Numbered from the whole stretch's first letter, positions 10,241-23,466 are shown. The stretch: 62,888 nt of DNA, filler included, from Circinaria calcarea (GCA_051942165.1; 10 parts of 10 records of this genome joined end to end with filler, not necessarily neighbours in it), one strand, 5' to 3'. Numbers and translations are program-made. Notes: generated from the sequence alone by a model not told the origin.

Positions 10241-12058
10241 CATGCTTTTTTAGTCCGAATGGGATGGATAACTTGAGGGAACATAGCGACGAACTGCTAG
10301 GGACAATGGAAGAAGGGAAAGGAGTTAGGAGACTAGGAGCAGGAGGAAATGGTGATTTCTCTCCTGCTTTGAAATGACGAACGGCATGAGGCAAGATCTC
10401 AAGGGACGGCTAGGACTAGGAACAAATATCCGTTGTTCCCACATAGCTCTTGGACCGAAAATAATCCTGTTGCATCATACCAGGAATGAACAAGTCCATT
10501 CATCCGAGGTTAAGGCCATTGTCCTTTTTTAATTGTATTCAACCCCTTTCAACTCTCTCACCGTATCGAGGCCGGTGTGCAAAAGTCGTTGCCGCTGAAG
10601 AACACATCCGGCGACACCACGACTCTCGAATCTTACAATCAGTGTCTGAAGGGTGCTCCGTTCCCACTACCTATAGCGCGAGTCTTTAAAAAGGAACTCT
10701 ATGCATTCAAGGTCTTGTATGAATGAACCATCTATAATGTATACATGAGGGGTCCTCCAGTACCAGAGGCTAGGGCTTAGCTTCACTCTTCATCTCTCAC
10801 TTTAAAATTGAGAACTCGCACCCTTTTGGATCTTTCCAACTTCACTATCATTCTTCAATTGAATTTTTAGAAGGAAAAAGAGCGGATCGATTTCACTTTC
10901 GGTATGTAAATCTCCCTGTGCATTGAGGTCCACTGCCTTAGGTTTAATTCTAGGTGAAGTGAGTCGCTTCTTTTACTACTAACCTCCCAATCCAGGGAAG
11001 TGAGCTTGGTCGTAGGTGATCTGAGCTGGCATTTCGGTTTTTTTCTATTTACGCTTATTATCAAGCAGTTCAGGTGCAGTTCATCAAGACCACATCATTG
11101 CAGCCTCGATTCACCTCCCAAAAGAGCAGAAAAAGAGCAGAAAAAGATCAGAAATACTCACTCACGAAACAGGAGTGAGCTAGTAACAGCCCAATACCCC
11201 TCAGAATCGCTACACACACCGAGACATTTGCAGCCATGTCCTACTTACTTATCTACCCCTGAGCTTGTAATTACCTTTACAACACTGTGGTTGATCGCTG
11301 CGACAATCAGGAGGCCCCCTCGACGCTCTGCTATCTAACAAATGGAGCATACATCCCGCCACGGACGTTAGCCCAGCCACTTCTAGATCGGTCCAAGAGT
11401 GTAGTGAAAACGAAATGGGCGGGAAGCATAGTTCTATGAAATTAGGTCATCAATTAATGTGTTTCTGCTTTGAGCTCAAGATTTCTTTGATTATGTAACC
11501 ATTGCCTACTATAACTTTGTGATTTAGTTACTTCGATCCTTATTTTTATTGTGGTACCTGAGTTGTGATTTGAGTTCGTGCCTAAGTATATGATTTATTT
11601 TAATTTTTTTAATGTGGAGTATACCAACCATACCCATGTGGAACGTCCATTATATTCTACTCGTGGAAGACAAAATAACGGTGATGGATCATCTGCTGAG
11701 AAGTGATGCAAAAGGACTCCTCCAACGAAAACAATGGCATTGTCCCCGTACAATGCCATCGACAAAGTACACAAAGACTTTACCCACCCGAGAAACCCCG
11801 GGCATTGTCCAGGCACCATGCCCATCTCGCCATCCGTCAAACCCCTATAAAAAGGCCCCCCTCTTCGCCTTAGTCCGCTATCCAATGACCCATCACCCTC
11901 ACCATTGACCTTCTCCAGCGTACGCAAAGCAGAAGCAGCCGTCCTGGAAAGAAAAAATACACAAAAACACAAAGCACTAGACCCGGAAAACCAAAAACCC
12001 AAACCATCAAAAAACCCTAATCCCTCACACACGCACACACACAGCAACACGCACAGCC

Positions 12059-12499
12059 ATGTGCCACGCCAACCTCGTCGTCTACCTCTGCGACTGCCTC
12101 GATCGCGGCCTCCTGATCCGCTGCGCCGCCTCCCGCCTCCCGCCCCGACACCGACCCTGCCGCCAGGCCACGGCGACCGTTGGCCAGCTGCACAGCCGGT
12201 GCCCCAGGTGCCTGCAAGCTGAGGAGATGGCAGGGACGCATGGGGCAAATGGGCATGGGACGAATGGGAACGGGCATGCCACGAACGGGACGAACGGGCA
12301 CGTCACGAATGGGACGAACGGGCACGCCACGAATGGGACAAACGGGCACGCCACGAACGGGACGAACGGGCATGCCACGAACGGGACTCCCAGCACAAAC
12401 GGGACTCCCAGCACGAACAGAACCCCCAGCACAAACGGGCACAGAACGTTCTGGCTCAGGATCGATGACGACGAACCGTCATCTGGGGAGGAGAGATAG
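12059..12499 (+). CDS. Small Cys-rich protein with Asn-Gly-His repeat tail
   Basis: MCHANLVVYLCDCLDRGLLIRC...C...CPRC followed by (TNGHATNG)n; TATAAAAA near 11846; GC-rich third codon positions. Confidence 0.7.
   Translation: MCHANLVVYLCDCLDRGLLIRCAASRLPPRHRPCRQATATVGQLHSRCPRCLQAEEMAGTHGANGHGTNGNGHATNGTNGHVTNGTNGHATNGTNGHATNGTNGHATNGTPSTNGTPSTNRTPSTNGHRTFWLRIDDDEPSSGEER
12240..12440 (+). repeat. Coding tandem repeat (24-nt units encoding TNGHATNG, then 18-nt units encoding TNGTPS)
   Basis: Repeated ACGAACGGGCACGCCACGAATGGG-like and ACAAACGGGACTCCCAGC-like units. Confidence 0.85.
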
Positions 12500-12632
12500 A
12501 GAATAGAGGACGGGGTGTAAAAGAAAAGGGGGNNNNNNNNNNNNNNNNNNNNNNNNNNNNNNNNNNNNNNNNNNNNTTAATTAATTAANNNNNNNNNNNN
12601 NNNNNNNNNNNNNNNNNNNNNNNNNNNNNNNN

Positions 12633-13853
12633 CTTGGAAGAGAGCAGAGAAGCAGTTGCGGCAATATCGGACCCGAATACTTCATCGTGCTCGGCGCGGA
12701 CCTTGGAGAGAACATCGGGATGCTGAGCAAGGAGGTGGTATGTAAAGATAGCACCGGCAGAAGTAGTGTCGTGACCGGCGAAAACAAACAGTTTAATCTG
12801 GGCCATTGCGAAGTCTTTAAAAATAGCATTGATGCCTGTGGCGGAGGGATTCTCCGCGAGGTAAGACTTCAAGGCGAGATCAACAACGGATTTATTTCTG
12901 TTTTCGGCTTTGCCCTGAATGGCGCTATAACGGCTATCGAGCTCACGAGCAAGATAGCGATTCATCCAGCGCGTATTATACATATGAACAAATGGGCGGA
13001 ATATGTTGATATATTCGAGAGGATTGATATTCATGCCTGTGGTGCACCACTCCAGTTGCTTGCGTAGTGCCGCAGTTAGATCATTGTATTCGGTCTGGCT
13101 ATGAAAGCTGTGGTCCCTAAAAGTTCAAAATTAGCAAGTGTGTCTTGTACAATATCTTTCGAAGCCTCCTTACATAACAACTTTGCCAATAATGTCTATC
13201 GTAAGGTTCAGACTGGCTTCTTCGAGATATAAAATATCACCATTTTCCGCATGCTTTTCTAGAATTGTCATAAACACCTTAACCTCCTCGACCATTCCCG
13301 GGATCAAGCTTGTTATGTGGTTAGCACTGAAGCCAGGATTGAAGATGGCCCTCCAGCGTTTCCATGCAGCACCTTCCAGCGTCACTAGATCCTCTTTGCC
13401 TGTTAGCGGCTCGAGAAAGTGGCGCAAGCCTCGGTCCTTGGGGATCTGATTTGCCTGAGTTAATTGGTACATCATATCTGGCTTGAGTACCACAAGTATG
13501 GGAAGTGCAAAAGGCCATGTATCTAGATAGAATGCGCTATCGAGATGGGGATACCGTTGCCGAATCTGGTCTCCAATGTAAACCCCATGGGCAAACGGAG
13601 GCATACTCCTGATGATGCTTGCGCTGAGAGGGATGTGACCAAACAGCCAATGATGCGGAGGCATGGGCTTTGAATGCGTTTCAGCTTAGCAGTGGTCAAG
13701 AATCGAGATGATGATTGATTTACTCACAAGGCCATCTTTCTGTAGTTGCCGGATAAACCTACGCACTCTGTAGAGCTTGACGAGAAAGATATTGATTAGC
13801 ACAAAAGCGATCGTGAAAGCTATCTGTGAGATAGGTGGCAGCACGACTGCCAT
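12633..13853 (-). CDS. Cytochrome P450, CYP59/StcS-like (3'-partial)
   Basis: N-terminal TM anchor, Pro-rich PMPPHHWLFGH, WKRWRAIFNPGFS, I-helix FVFAGHDTTS; two introns; heme motif lies beyond the contig end. Confidence 0.85.
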
Positions 13854-14179
13854 TTTGAGAATTGCCAAAAGAAGTACCAAGAGATGGGTATACTATTGAT
13901 ACAAAGTATCAAGTTCTTGGGGATTGTAGATCCTATACCACGGAACCTTTTGTAGAATAGCGATCGTGAAAAAGGAACAACCAGCCAGTTGCTGGGTGCG
14001 GAAACAAACAGAAAACGAACAGAAATCGCGGTGCGCGAGTGAGCCGCGTTAAATCACAAGCAGATGAATAAATGACAAATTTTATGTAGGGCAAGCAGCC
14101 GTGACAGGTTCATCTCTGCTCTTTTTCCGCGCCGCGCTTTTGGCAGCCTATTTTTTTCGCACCCACACATATACTTGTC

Positions 14180-17100
14180 TTGGCTTGCTCCGGGTCACTG
14201 CATTAAGTTTTACCCAGCTTCTAAAATCCTCGGCTCGTACAGCAGGTACAACTGCTATCGTGAACGTTTACCAGGCTTCTCAGGCTATTTACGACGTACG
14301 GATAAGCTGAAAACTTTTCGCTTTGCTCAAATGCTGACAGGATTCTTAGGTGTTTGACAAGGTCACACTTCTATACGAGGGTCGTCAAGCTTACTTCGGC
14401 CCTGCAAACGCTGCCAAACAATTTTTTATCGATTTGGGTTTTGTCTGTGCTGACCGAGCTACAACAGCTGATTTTCTAACATCCTTGACCAGTCCTACGG
14501 AGCGTATCATCAGAGAGGGCTATGAATCCTGTGTTCCCCGCACTCCAGAAGAGTTTGAGCAGGTGTGGAGAGCTAGTGCTGATCGAGTGCGGCTGTTACA
14601 AGATATTGAGGATGCTCGGCTGAAGCATTCAAATGAAGCAGAGGAGATAGTGAGGCTGCAGCAAGCTAGAGATGTTGAGAAGACGACTGGAAAGTGTGTA
14701 GATCACCACGTCTTTCATCTTTACTTGGATACTTATATATCCATCGTTAGGCATTCTCTATATACAGTCTCCTTTCTGAGGCAGCTTACGATTTGCATTA
14801 TTCGAGGCTTCCAAAGACTGCGTAACAACTTGTCAGTTCCGATCTCAGGAATCATTGGGAACGCAGTTATGGGAGTAATTGTCGGCAATGTTTTCTTCAA
14901 TCTGCAACCCGATACTGGCAGCTTCTATAGTCGCGGTGCTTTGATTTTCTTTGCCACGCTACTAAACGCCACTAGTAGTGCCTTTGAGGTCTGTCTAAAC
15001 ATGCTATTCCTCCTGCTTACTGATGTTACCGGTTTTAGGTTTTGACAATGTGGGCACAAAGAACAATTGTGGAAAAACACACTCGTTACGCATTCTATCA
15101 TCCATCCGCAGAAGCAATAGCATCTATGATATGCGATCTACCTAACAAATTCCTTACATCATTGTTCTTCAATTTAATACTTTATTTTATGACTAATCTG
15201 CGCCGAACCCCTAGCGCCTTCTTCACGTTTTATTTGTTTAGCTTTACTTGTCTCTTAACCATGTCTATGTTCTTTCGCATGGTCGGCTTACTATCAAGTA
15301 CACATGCGCAGGCCATGGCTCCTGTTGCCGTATGGCTCGTGAATCTTATTATATCAATCGGATTCGTACTTCTACCCCGTGATATGAAACCGTGGCTGCG
15401 ATGGATTAGGTTTTTAAACCCTATGGGCTATACCTTTGAAAGTTTGATGATAAACGAAGTATGTTTTACAACTGTTTAACGTCAGTTAACGGCGCTGACA
15501 AAATATTATATAGTTTCACGATCGTCAATTTCAATGCTCAATAGTCGTCCCGGCTGGATCAGCCTACACGAACCTTAGCAACGAGAAGCCTATTTGTGCA
15601 ACTATTGGCGCAATACCGGGCCAGACATATGTCGAAGGTGATACGTATCTAGCCAGTAACTACGGCTATCATGACTCTCATCTTTGGAGGTGAGACTTCC
15701 CTGATAAGAGGTGTGCTAAGACTGACTCGAAATAGGAATCTGGGTATTGTCTTTGCGTTTATGGTGCTCTTCTGCTTCATTCACTTAGTTGCTGCAGAGC
15801 TTGTCTCGGCACAGCGTCCAAAAGGAGATGTGTTACTGTTCCGGCGTTCTCGCAGATCCCAGAAGGCTCGAAGGATGGATATTGAGGAAGTGCCTTCTTC
15901 CATAGAATCCGCGGTTCTAAGGGATCCCAAATATGGTAAGAGTAGCGATTGCGGCTATAAGGTACCTCTAGGTATTGAAAAGCAAACTTCTATCCTTACT
16001 TGGGACGGTTTGAGTTACGACGTCAAAATCAACGGTAAAGCGAGAAGACTGCTAAACGAGGTAGACGGCTGGGTAAAGCCAGGTACCTTGACAGCATTGA
16101 TGGTAGGTCCGGAGGCTTATCAGGCTATTCTCTTGGTACACTTCTTTCTGACCTTTTTATCGTGCAGGGAGCAACTGGAGCCGGGAAAACAACTCTCTTG
16201 GATGTGCTGGCAAATCGAGCGTCGGTCGGAATTGTGACAGGGCAAATCTCGGTCAATGGCCATCCCCGCAGCCAGAGCTTCCAGCGCGAAACTGGTTATG
16301 TTCAGCAAGCGGATATACATATATCAATTTCAACCGTTCGGGAGGCATTAAATTTCAGTGCCCAAGCAGACGCCGTTACGAGAGAAACTGAATTATGTCA
16401 ACCAGGTAATCAAAGCTTTGGACATGGAATCGTACGTAGATGCAGTAATCGGAACGCAAGGTGACGGTTAGTGCTGCAAATCATGATCTGAAGAACTGCC
16501 GGCATATAGTCCGACTACTCGATTAGTGCTAATAACTAAAGGCCTCAATTTTGAGCAGCGCAAACGACTCTCAATCGCAATTGAAATGGCCGCAAAGCCC
16601 GCACTACTTCCCTTCTTAGGTAAGACGTATAGAGAATCTCTGGGTGAACCATCTCTTATGTTCGTATTTAGATGAGCCCACCTCGGGCTTGGACAGCCAG
16701 ACCGCATGGTCAATCTGCAAGCTATTGCAAAAACTTGCCAACAGCGGACAGGCTATCCTGTGTACCATCCACCAGCCTTCCGCGATTCTTTTCCAGATGT
16801 TCGACCAACTTCTTTTACTTGAAAGTGGTGGTAAGCCATTGTACTTTGGGGATATAGGCCAAGACGCGGCTACAATAACAGCTTATTTCGAAAACCATGG
16901 AGCTAGACCTTGCCATGAAGATGAAAATCCCGCAGAATGGCTATTAGATGTTACTGGAGCCGCTGTAGGCTCTATTAATACTACAGACTGGTCTGAGATA
17001 TGGAGAAATTCGAGTCAGAAGAAGCAGGTTAAGAAGCTTATATTAAACATGAAGGAAGAGCTGTCGGCCTTACCAACTCAGCAGCATAGAATAGCCAGAG

Positions 17101-18198
17101 GAGAGTACGTCGTTCCATTTCTCACTCAATTATGGACTGTCACAGCCAGGAACTTTGAACAGGATTGGCGAGTGCCATCTTATCTTTACTCGAAGATCCT
17201 ACTAAGCACCGGCACGGTAACTCCACCACACTCTTCCCTCACCACAATAGGTATTAACTACTTAGTAGGCCTTCTTCATTGGCTTCTCCTTCTGGATGTC
17301 GGACAATAGTATTCAAGGCGTGTAGAACCAAATTTTCTCCATCTTCCTTCTCATGATCATTTTTAGCAATCTCACGCAGCTTATCATGGAGAAGTTTGTG
17401 CATAACCGTGCCCTGTTTGAAGCTCGTGAGCGGCCCTCTAAAATATACTCCTGGCGCGTCTTCCTCTCCTCTATCATTATCGCCGAGCTCCCGTCCCAAA
17501 CTGTGATCGCAGTACTGGTCTTCATCTGCTGGTACTATCCGATTGGCATGTTCCGTAACGCAGGTCCGGACCTTAGTGAAAGGGGAGCGTTGATGTTTCT
17601 GCTGATCTGGAGCTACTGCCTGTTCACGTCGACCTTCTCGCACATGATGGTGGCTGGCATTGAGCATATCGGGACCGCTGTCAATCTCGCGCAGTTACTC
17701 TACATGCTCTCTCTCATCTTCTGCGGGTAAGTGTCTCTCTGCCGGCACATCCATTCTCCTCGAGCGTCTTTGAGCCACTAACACTCTTCGCACTTTAGCG
17801 TTCTTGTCCGACCCTCAGCCCTCCCCGGATTCTGGTTATTCATGAACCGCGTCTCCCCTCTCACCTACCTCATCGGCGGCATGGCCGTTACCGGCCTCGC
17901 TAACACTCCTATCAACTGCGCGCCTCTCGAGCTGCTAGTGATCCAAACACCTCTGAATCAAACCTGTGGTCAGTACCTCGCGTCATATATTCGGACCGTC
18001 GGAGGACGGATCTTGGATCCGGACGCGACGGGAGATTGTGAATTCTGCCCGGTGGCGGAGACGAATGATGCGCTGGCGGCGCTGGGGTTTTTCTACGGCC
18101 AGCGTTGGCGCGACGTGGGTTTGATGCTGGTTTATATTACATTCAACGTCGCAGTCGCGTTCGTGTTGTACTGGCTGGCGAGGGGGAGGAATGGGTGA
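14180..18198 (+). pseudogene. PDR/ABCG full-size ABC transporter, 5'-truncated and disrupted
   Basis: Begins inside NBD1 (…VYQASQAIYD/VFDKVTLLYEGRQ). NBD2 has GATGAGKTTLLD, EQRKRLSIAIE, LDEPTSGLD, CTIHQPS. Frameshift near 16362 and in-frame TAG near 17323 (IQGV*NQ). Confidence 0.85.
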
Positions 18199-18949
18199 AG
18201 AAGGCAGGAAGGAGCAGAAGGAGGAGGAAAGAAGGAAGAAAGGAAGGGAACCAGGAGGATGAGCGTGGCTGGGGATGCGCCCTTAAAGGGCCGGCAAGGG
18301 ACGATGGATGCTGCGTTGTGTAGAGATTTGACGACCCGGGCGGAGCGTCAGCGTGTCAACAAACCATGGCCACTCAAAGGTGCTGGTGGCTCAAGCGGCT
18401 TGATCAAGTCAAACCAGAGAGAAGGAAAAGAAGGAGGGAGGGGGCTAGATGAGTCCCTGACCGCGGAGAGATGGATTCTCGAATTGGAAATAAGAAAAGT
18501 TTTTATATTTCATCGGCGAAATTTTGTCTCCATGTCGTCATCTTACAAGATAGAAAATGCCATTCCCCAACGCCAATAGTCTAAATACCCCTATTCGGCT
18601 CTTTTTTAGACTTGCGCTATCCCACTATTTTTCCCTTGGCAAATCGATCGAGCAACCGTCTCGGGGCTGGCGGAGGAAACGACCGGGAATCAGCAAAAAC
18701 ACAAGCACCTGAATCCGAGCAAACTACTCTGCAGACACCGATTCGTCCTGCTCTTCCTCTTCCTCTTCCTCTTCCTCCTCTTCCTCTTCCACACCGTCCA
18801 TTTCCCCCATCCACTCCCTCCACCTGAAACCTTCCACCGCCCTCTCCNNNNNNNNNNNNNNNNNNNNNNNNNNNNNNNNNNNNNNNNNNNNTTAATTAAT
18901 TAANNNNNNNNNNNNNNNNNNNNNNNNNNNNNNNNNNNNNNNNNNNNCC

Positions 18950-19078
18950 TCCCTCCACGCCCTCCTCGACCACTACGCCCTCCCCTTCTGCCCTACCATG
19001 TTCCTGCACGAGAAAAAGGCCCTGTACCTGCGCTTCGTGGGCGCGGGCAGGAGCTTGATGCATCGGGTTTTGGATTGA
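18950..19078 (+). CDS. 3' end of an unidentified protein
   Basis: SLHALLDHYALPFCPTMFLHEKKALYLRFVGAGRSLMHRVLD* with strongly C/G-ending codons, starting at the contig edge. Confidence 0.5.
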   Translation, partial: SLHALLDHYALPFCPTMFLHEKKALYLRFVGAGRSLMHRVLD

Positions 19079-19518
19079 ATTTTCGAAACGAGCGAAAAGA
19101 AAAGAAAAATGGAAAAAGAACAAGGAAAACAAACGACGGTGGAGAGGAGGAGGAGGAAGATCAAGGAGGGAAGGGAAATGGAAGAGGCACAAGGGGGAAT
19201 ATTTATGTCATGTCGCGTGTTGTGTGTGTTTGTATATTTCTTTATTCTATTCATGGAGAGAATGTCGGCGCTATGCTAAGCCAAGCCTAGCTACATGAAA
19301 GACTGCAGGTAAAGGGTACTGGTATCATGAGGTAGGTAAATGAGATATAAAGGCGACAACTCTAGATGCGAGATGCCAAACTGCCAGTTGCCAATTGCCC
19401 ATTGCCAATCCTAGCAAGATTCTAAAGTCCCCTTGGCAAATATTTATACATCCTCACCAGGAAACACCACCCCATGCACACAACGGCCACCATTCCCTTT
19501 CCTCCCCGTCTATTTGAC

Positions 19519-22500
19519 CTACCAAGCCCCTGCATCATTATCGAACCGGCTCAACTCCCTCCCCGCATCCTCGACGTCCTTTTTCGCCTTCATGCGCATG
19601 TAAAAGATGGGGCAATCGCGACTGCTACAAATGACCTCGCAGTGCAGACTGCCCTGGCAGCGCTGACACTGCGTCCACAGCCGGCCAAACCGGACCTCCA
19701 AATCCGAAACCTTGTGCAGCGTCTTCTGGTACAGCTCGCCCATGCGCGGCTGGCAGTTGGCGCAGATGGCGCCGGCGGATTCTTCCTTACCCACCAGGGG
19801 TTTCTTACAGCCCATACAGGTAGCCGTCTTCTTGGCGAATTTCATAAGGCCGCCGAGCGTGGGTGCGGCCACGGAGATGGAGCGTGTGTGTTCGCCCGTG
19901 AGGAGCTGGCCTGCTTTCTTTTCGCCAAGGATGGGTACAAAGATGCGGCCGAGGGGTTTGGCGAGTTGATTTTCGAGGTAGTATTTCGTGTCGATGGGGA
20001 TGTTGTTTTCGAGCACGAAGATGGGGTCTTCGGAGCGTTCATAGTTGGAGGCTCCGCCGGCGCCTTTGATGATCACGTAGGCAACACGGTCGCCGAGGGC
20101 GGGGGCGGAACCCGCGTCTCGCTTTTTCATGCGTTTGGCAAGTTCGACATGAGCTTGCTTACCGGCGTATTCCGTGTCGTCCTTGGACAATGCCTTTGTA
20201 ATGACGAGTTTGGACATGTCGATCTTGTTTTGGAGAAGGTCAGATATGGTTTCTTTGACATAACTAAACCTTGTTAGCAGAAGAAGGCAAGAGCTGTTAA
20301 TGAAAACCTACTCTTGCGCGCCTTGGACGTCCTGATCGATCAGGATCTTTCGCAAGACGGTCTCAATGACATTTTGCACCATTCGACAGTTATCTCTCCG
20401 TACTGTTTCGATGCCTTTACTATCCATCTTGTCATACTTTTCTGGTGAAGTCCAGTACAGGCCTGCATATCTCTTTTTGTTGATTAGTAGGTACGGAAAA
20501 TAGACCTTCTCGAATTCCAACTTGATAGGCTGAATGAACTTCGAAGAGACGAATTTGGCAGCATCTCGACCCAAGTCCATTGCCTTTTCCAACTCTTTCG
20601 GACCGAACTTGACCATGACGGAATCGGTATCACCATAAATGACATGTGCATCGTGGGAATAGCCATTCGCGATCGTGTACCGTGCTTCGACCTCTTCCTT
20701 TGTCCTCTCAATCATCTGCCGGCCATAGGAAGTTGTACTGCTTGCAATAGCCAAACAAGGTAATTTGCCAACCGTAGCTCCGGTAATACCATAGACACTG
20801 TTCGCGCTAATCTTCAAAGCCAATTGCCTACCATTGAGTACGGCTTTCTTGAACGGGTCAGTCTCGATAGCAAGCTCCTTCTTGGCCCGTTTCCTTGCGC
20901 CTAGTAACTCTTCCAAGATTTGTGTCAGAAGACCTTTACGTATCTTTGACGTGCAAAACATATCGCCATTGGGAGTGATAATGTAGTCTTCGTCCTTCTT
21001 CATATTATCCTTTTCAACATTGGCCTTTTTTAGCCAAGTCGTATAGCAAAGATTATGTGCTTGGATAATACTTGGATATAACGATGCAAAATCAAGGGTG
21101 GCGATAGGAACATCGTAATAGCCTCTTGTAGGCTCTATGACTGTGGCTCCTTCATAAGCTTCTTCAGATGCGTCGTTCTGTAGATTGGGAATAACCAGGT
21201 TTTGCTGCAAGGCTTTCCGAAACAATTGACTGATGAACTTCACCTGTTGTCCTCTTGCAAGTAGGTAGTTGAACGGGACACCAGTCACTCTCGCCATTTC
21301 CGTATAGTTGACCAGACACATAAGCTTATCCATCAGTCGCTGAGGGAGATAGGCGTCTTTTAGACAGTATACGGCTAGTCGACGCCTTGATTCTGGTGTG
21401 CCGTTGTATAATTCGGTAATCATAGTGTGGTGGACGTCTTCCTTCTGCTCGCCCAGGAATTGGGCACAGACAGAGTTCAGGGTATAGCTTCGAAGCTGGT
21501 GATCTCGTTGCACAAGTTGAAGAAGATCCAATTGCAGTCGCCCATTGGTGTTTGTCGCTTTGGTATCTCGATTGCCCATCTGCTTGCTGGAGAAATTGGT
21601 CTTCTTGGCTTGGGATTGGATGCTCTTGAGCCGCGACCAATACGGAAACTTGGTACATTTCAGGTGCTTCGCTCGATCAAGAAGATATGGAAAGTCGAAA
21701 TTGGCAATGTTGTAGCCAATGATCACGTCGGGATCGACTTTATCCAGAAAATTTCTCCATGCCATTAACATCTTTTCCTCGGCATCAAACTCGAATATTT
21801 GGGTATTAACAATGAGACTACAAGTATCGAGGACGAAGACATTGCGGACGAAAGGCCTGGCTTCTCCATATTTTGTAACAACATTGGCGATTTGGATGAC
21901 CGGGTCATGATCTGCTTCAGGAAAGACGCCTTTACGTCCAGCGCACTCGATATCGAACGACAGGATACGCAAAGGGGCCATCTTTACCCATTCACCGTCG
22001 TTGTTATGTGCGATCATGTCTCGATAGTTGACAGATGCTTCTATCTGGCAGTTGGAATGACGATCTCGATGCGGTATCATGTGATACTTGGTTGGTGCCA
22101 CTTCTACCCAAGACATGCCTGAGATCTAAGCAGATTAGCAGAAGACAGTTTGAGGACATGTTCTAGACCTACTCCAGTGTCAACCATAAACCGTAGTACG
22201 TATTGTAGACTGTCAAAAGTAAAAATACCGCCATCCACGCCCTTCCACAAGCCCTTGTAATTGGCACTCCCACTTTCAATTGTAGTCCGTAACTTGTTGA
22301 TGTACTTAGGGTCCGTAACTGTGACCTTCAGGTAGGGGCTTTTCTGATTGCCTTGGAAGCCATAGATGTTCTCGCGCAGCACCATTTGCACCGAATATAT
22401 GGCCGGCTGATATTGTGCCAACTGGGTCTCGAGGTATGATTTGAAGCCGTCGCAATCTGACTTTGCAAAGGAGAAGGGTGCAGCGACGTAGAGATAGTGC

Positions 22501-22981
22501 ATAAAATCAGTAACATGTAAGAGTACCGAGTGACCAGTCTGCAGGACGAGTGGAATGAGTTGATTGCCCATACGCTAAGACGAATCTATCAACATACCTC
22601 AGTCACACCAAACAGCTTGACCGTTGTTCTTCCTCCGTTCAAAGTGCCTTCCTCTGCATCGATTTGCTGAAAGCATAGACTGTCTTTGGTTTCATCAAAG
22701 TCCTCCAAACCGGGACGTTCCCACTGCTGATCCCTTTCGGAGTTCTTCTGCTTGAGGCCATTGATGTCTTGGGTTAACTTTTCCAGAACCTCTTCTTCAA
22801 ACTGACTCTTGGGCTGGCTGGAACCAGGTGCGCTGTTTGCGGCCTTGGGTGCTTTCAACTTGATAGCAGATCCACCGTCAAGCTTCCGCCTCTTGGGTGA
22901 CGGGACATGGTTGATATTTCGGTGTGTCTTTGTCGAGTCTCCCAGGACGCGTTTCGCCGGCTGCAGTACGACCGCAGGCAT
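19519..22981 (-). CDS. POL3: DNA polymerase delta catalytic subunit
   Basis: Four exons. Exo I SFDIEC; Pol motifs [26 protein letters not shown]-terminal CysA/CysB (CMGC..CANC, CQRC..C..DCPIFY). Confidence 0.98.
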
Positions 22982-23466
22982 TTTGCGGTGGGAGTCTAAA
23001 TATCGTAGTGGTTCATCCCTATGATTGAGGGTTTCCAGTGTAATTTGCTGGGGATTTCACATTTTAAACAATGACGCGCGTGGAGCGCGACAAATTGAAA
23101 AGCTCTCCGAGCCCTAATCTAATCCGTACTAGTCGCTTCACGACACCCTGGAGTTCGCTCCGATGTAGCTTTTCCGCCGACTATGCAAATAATGTTGCTG
23201 TCAAAGAGCGGTAGTGGGTCATAGGTAAGAAAAGATATCGTCAGCCCTTCGGTGATCTTTGATAGCCGACGGCGTTCGGGCTGATTAGAAAATCTATTAG
23301 ATTGCTGCTTTGTAACGTCGATCCATAAGGTACTACATATGTACTTGGACTCATATGTCGCCTCCGTTGGCATTGCTTATTCCAACTTGACGCGGAATCT
23401 TGATCTACATCTGACTCTCTCACTTCCTATCACTAGTTTCCTACCATCATTTCCCCAAACGTCAGA

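Noticed and set aside
11595..12506. Several overlapping ORFs (217, 141, 116, 108 aa)
   Set aside because: Alternative frames or antisense of the GC-rich repeat gene at 12059.
18750..18792. (CTTCCT)n tract
   Set aside because: Ordinary pyrimidine microsatellite near a contig end.
19474..20277. 267-aa plus-strand ORF
   Set aside because: Antisense shadow of the last POL3 exon.
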